From Dictyostelium discoideum (lineage: Eukaryota), in the NCBI GenBank assembly GCA_000004695.1, contig CM000152.2:2880001-2944000 (forward strand): DNA of 64,000 nt, written 5' to 3'. This document shows, one piece after another, positions 63,640 through 64,000 of this stretch (position 1 is its first letter; each line of letters opens with the position of its first letter). The notes beneath the pieces are model-generated. The model saw only the letters and a program-made list of their open reading frames with translations. It did not search any database and was not told the origin of the DNA. The position numbers and the translations under genes were made by a program.

Positions 63640-63987
63640 TATATTATCATTATCATTATTGCTAAATTGATTATTACTATTAATATTAATATTATTATTA
63701 TCACCATCATTCTCAATACCATTTGAATTTGTTAATGTGCTATCATTATTATTACTATTATTATTATTTATATTATTATTATTATTGTTGTTGGTATCAA
63801 AATTATTAGCATCAGAGCTGTTATTACTATAATTACTATTATTATTTTCGATATCTAAATTGTTTAAAGATAAAGATTCAATTTCACCAGTATATAAATA
63901 TTGCATAACTAATAAAAATGTTGAATGTGGTACAGATTCAATTTTAATTTCTGATTCTAAACTTTCTTTTAATGGTGTTTCAAACAT
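62956..63987 (-). CDS. BTB/POZ domain protein, partial (5-prime end lies beyond the window), with a very long poly-N insertion
   Basis: VPHSTFLLVMQYLYTGEI and LFIAANRFMITRLKMICETLI are the C-terminal half of a BTB fold, split by an N-rich insert. TTTTAG acceptor at 63993-63988 upstream of the first in-window ATG. Stop at 62956. Confidence 0.55.
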
Positions 63988-64000
63988 TGCCCTAAAATAA

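Overview
This window is eukaryotic nuclear DNA, not prokaryotic. It is about 78% AT, with homopolymer A/T runs in every intergenic spacer, short (80-170 bp) AT-rich GT..AG introns with GTAAGT/GTATGT donors, and coding poly-Asn/Gln tracts built from AAT/CAA. Together these are the signature of Dictyostelium discoideum (or a close dictyostelid). Operon, CRISPR and defence-island logic does not apply. I found no cluster I would call a novel system; the stretch worth a second look is the tandem PA14 gene array at 48.8-56 kb.

The supplied ORF track allows TTG/CTG/GTG starts and ignores splicing, so I rebuilt the gene models by hand from splice signals and reading-frame continuity. I recognise about 23 protein-coding loci plus one tRNA. 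In window order:
- a very long Q/N-rich protein (3 exons, ~590 bp CAA tract)
- a PPTC7-type PP2C phosphatase
- an uncharacterised 2-exon gene
- an N/S-rich membrane protein
- a Siw14/PFA-DSP-like tyrosine-phosphatase-fold gene whose CX5R P-loop reads CTSGVHQ, a likely pseudophosphatase
- a FNIP-repeat protein
- BLOC-1 subunit 1
- ADA2 (ZZ, SANT, SWIRM)
- exocyst Sec5/EXOC2
- a mitochondrial carrier
- a GC-richer secreted KP-repeat protein
- a 7-exon IQ + DH-PH RhoGEF
- an RNF126/BCA2-like RING-H2 E3
- a Fis1-like TPR protein
- UBE2H-like E2 (4 exons)
- an oxysterol-binding protein (3 exons)
- an RCC1-repeat + RhoGAP protein with a 10-nt first exon
- a tandem array of PA14 / Pro-Thr linker / Dicty_CTDC Cys-rich secreted protein genes resembling the prespore-cell-inducing-factor (psi) family (one intact copy, one frameshifted copy, one clear pseudogene, extra fragments)
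- a small 2-exon hypothetical gene
- a Kex1-like membrane-anchored S10 serine carboxypeptidase
- tRNA-Gly(GCC) with a downstream external B box
- a BTB-domain gene truncated by the window edge

Gene presence is well supported for most loci. Exon boundaries are medium confidence and several acceptors are ambiguous. All homology statements come from recalled family signatures, not database searches.
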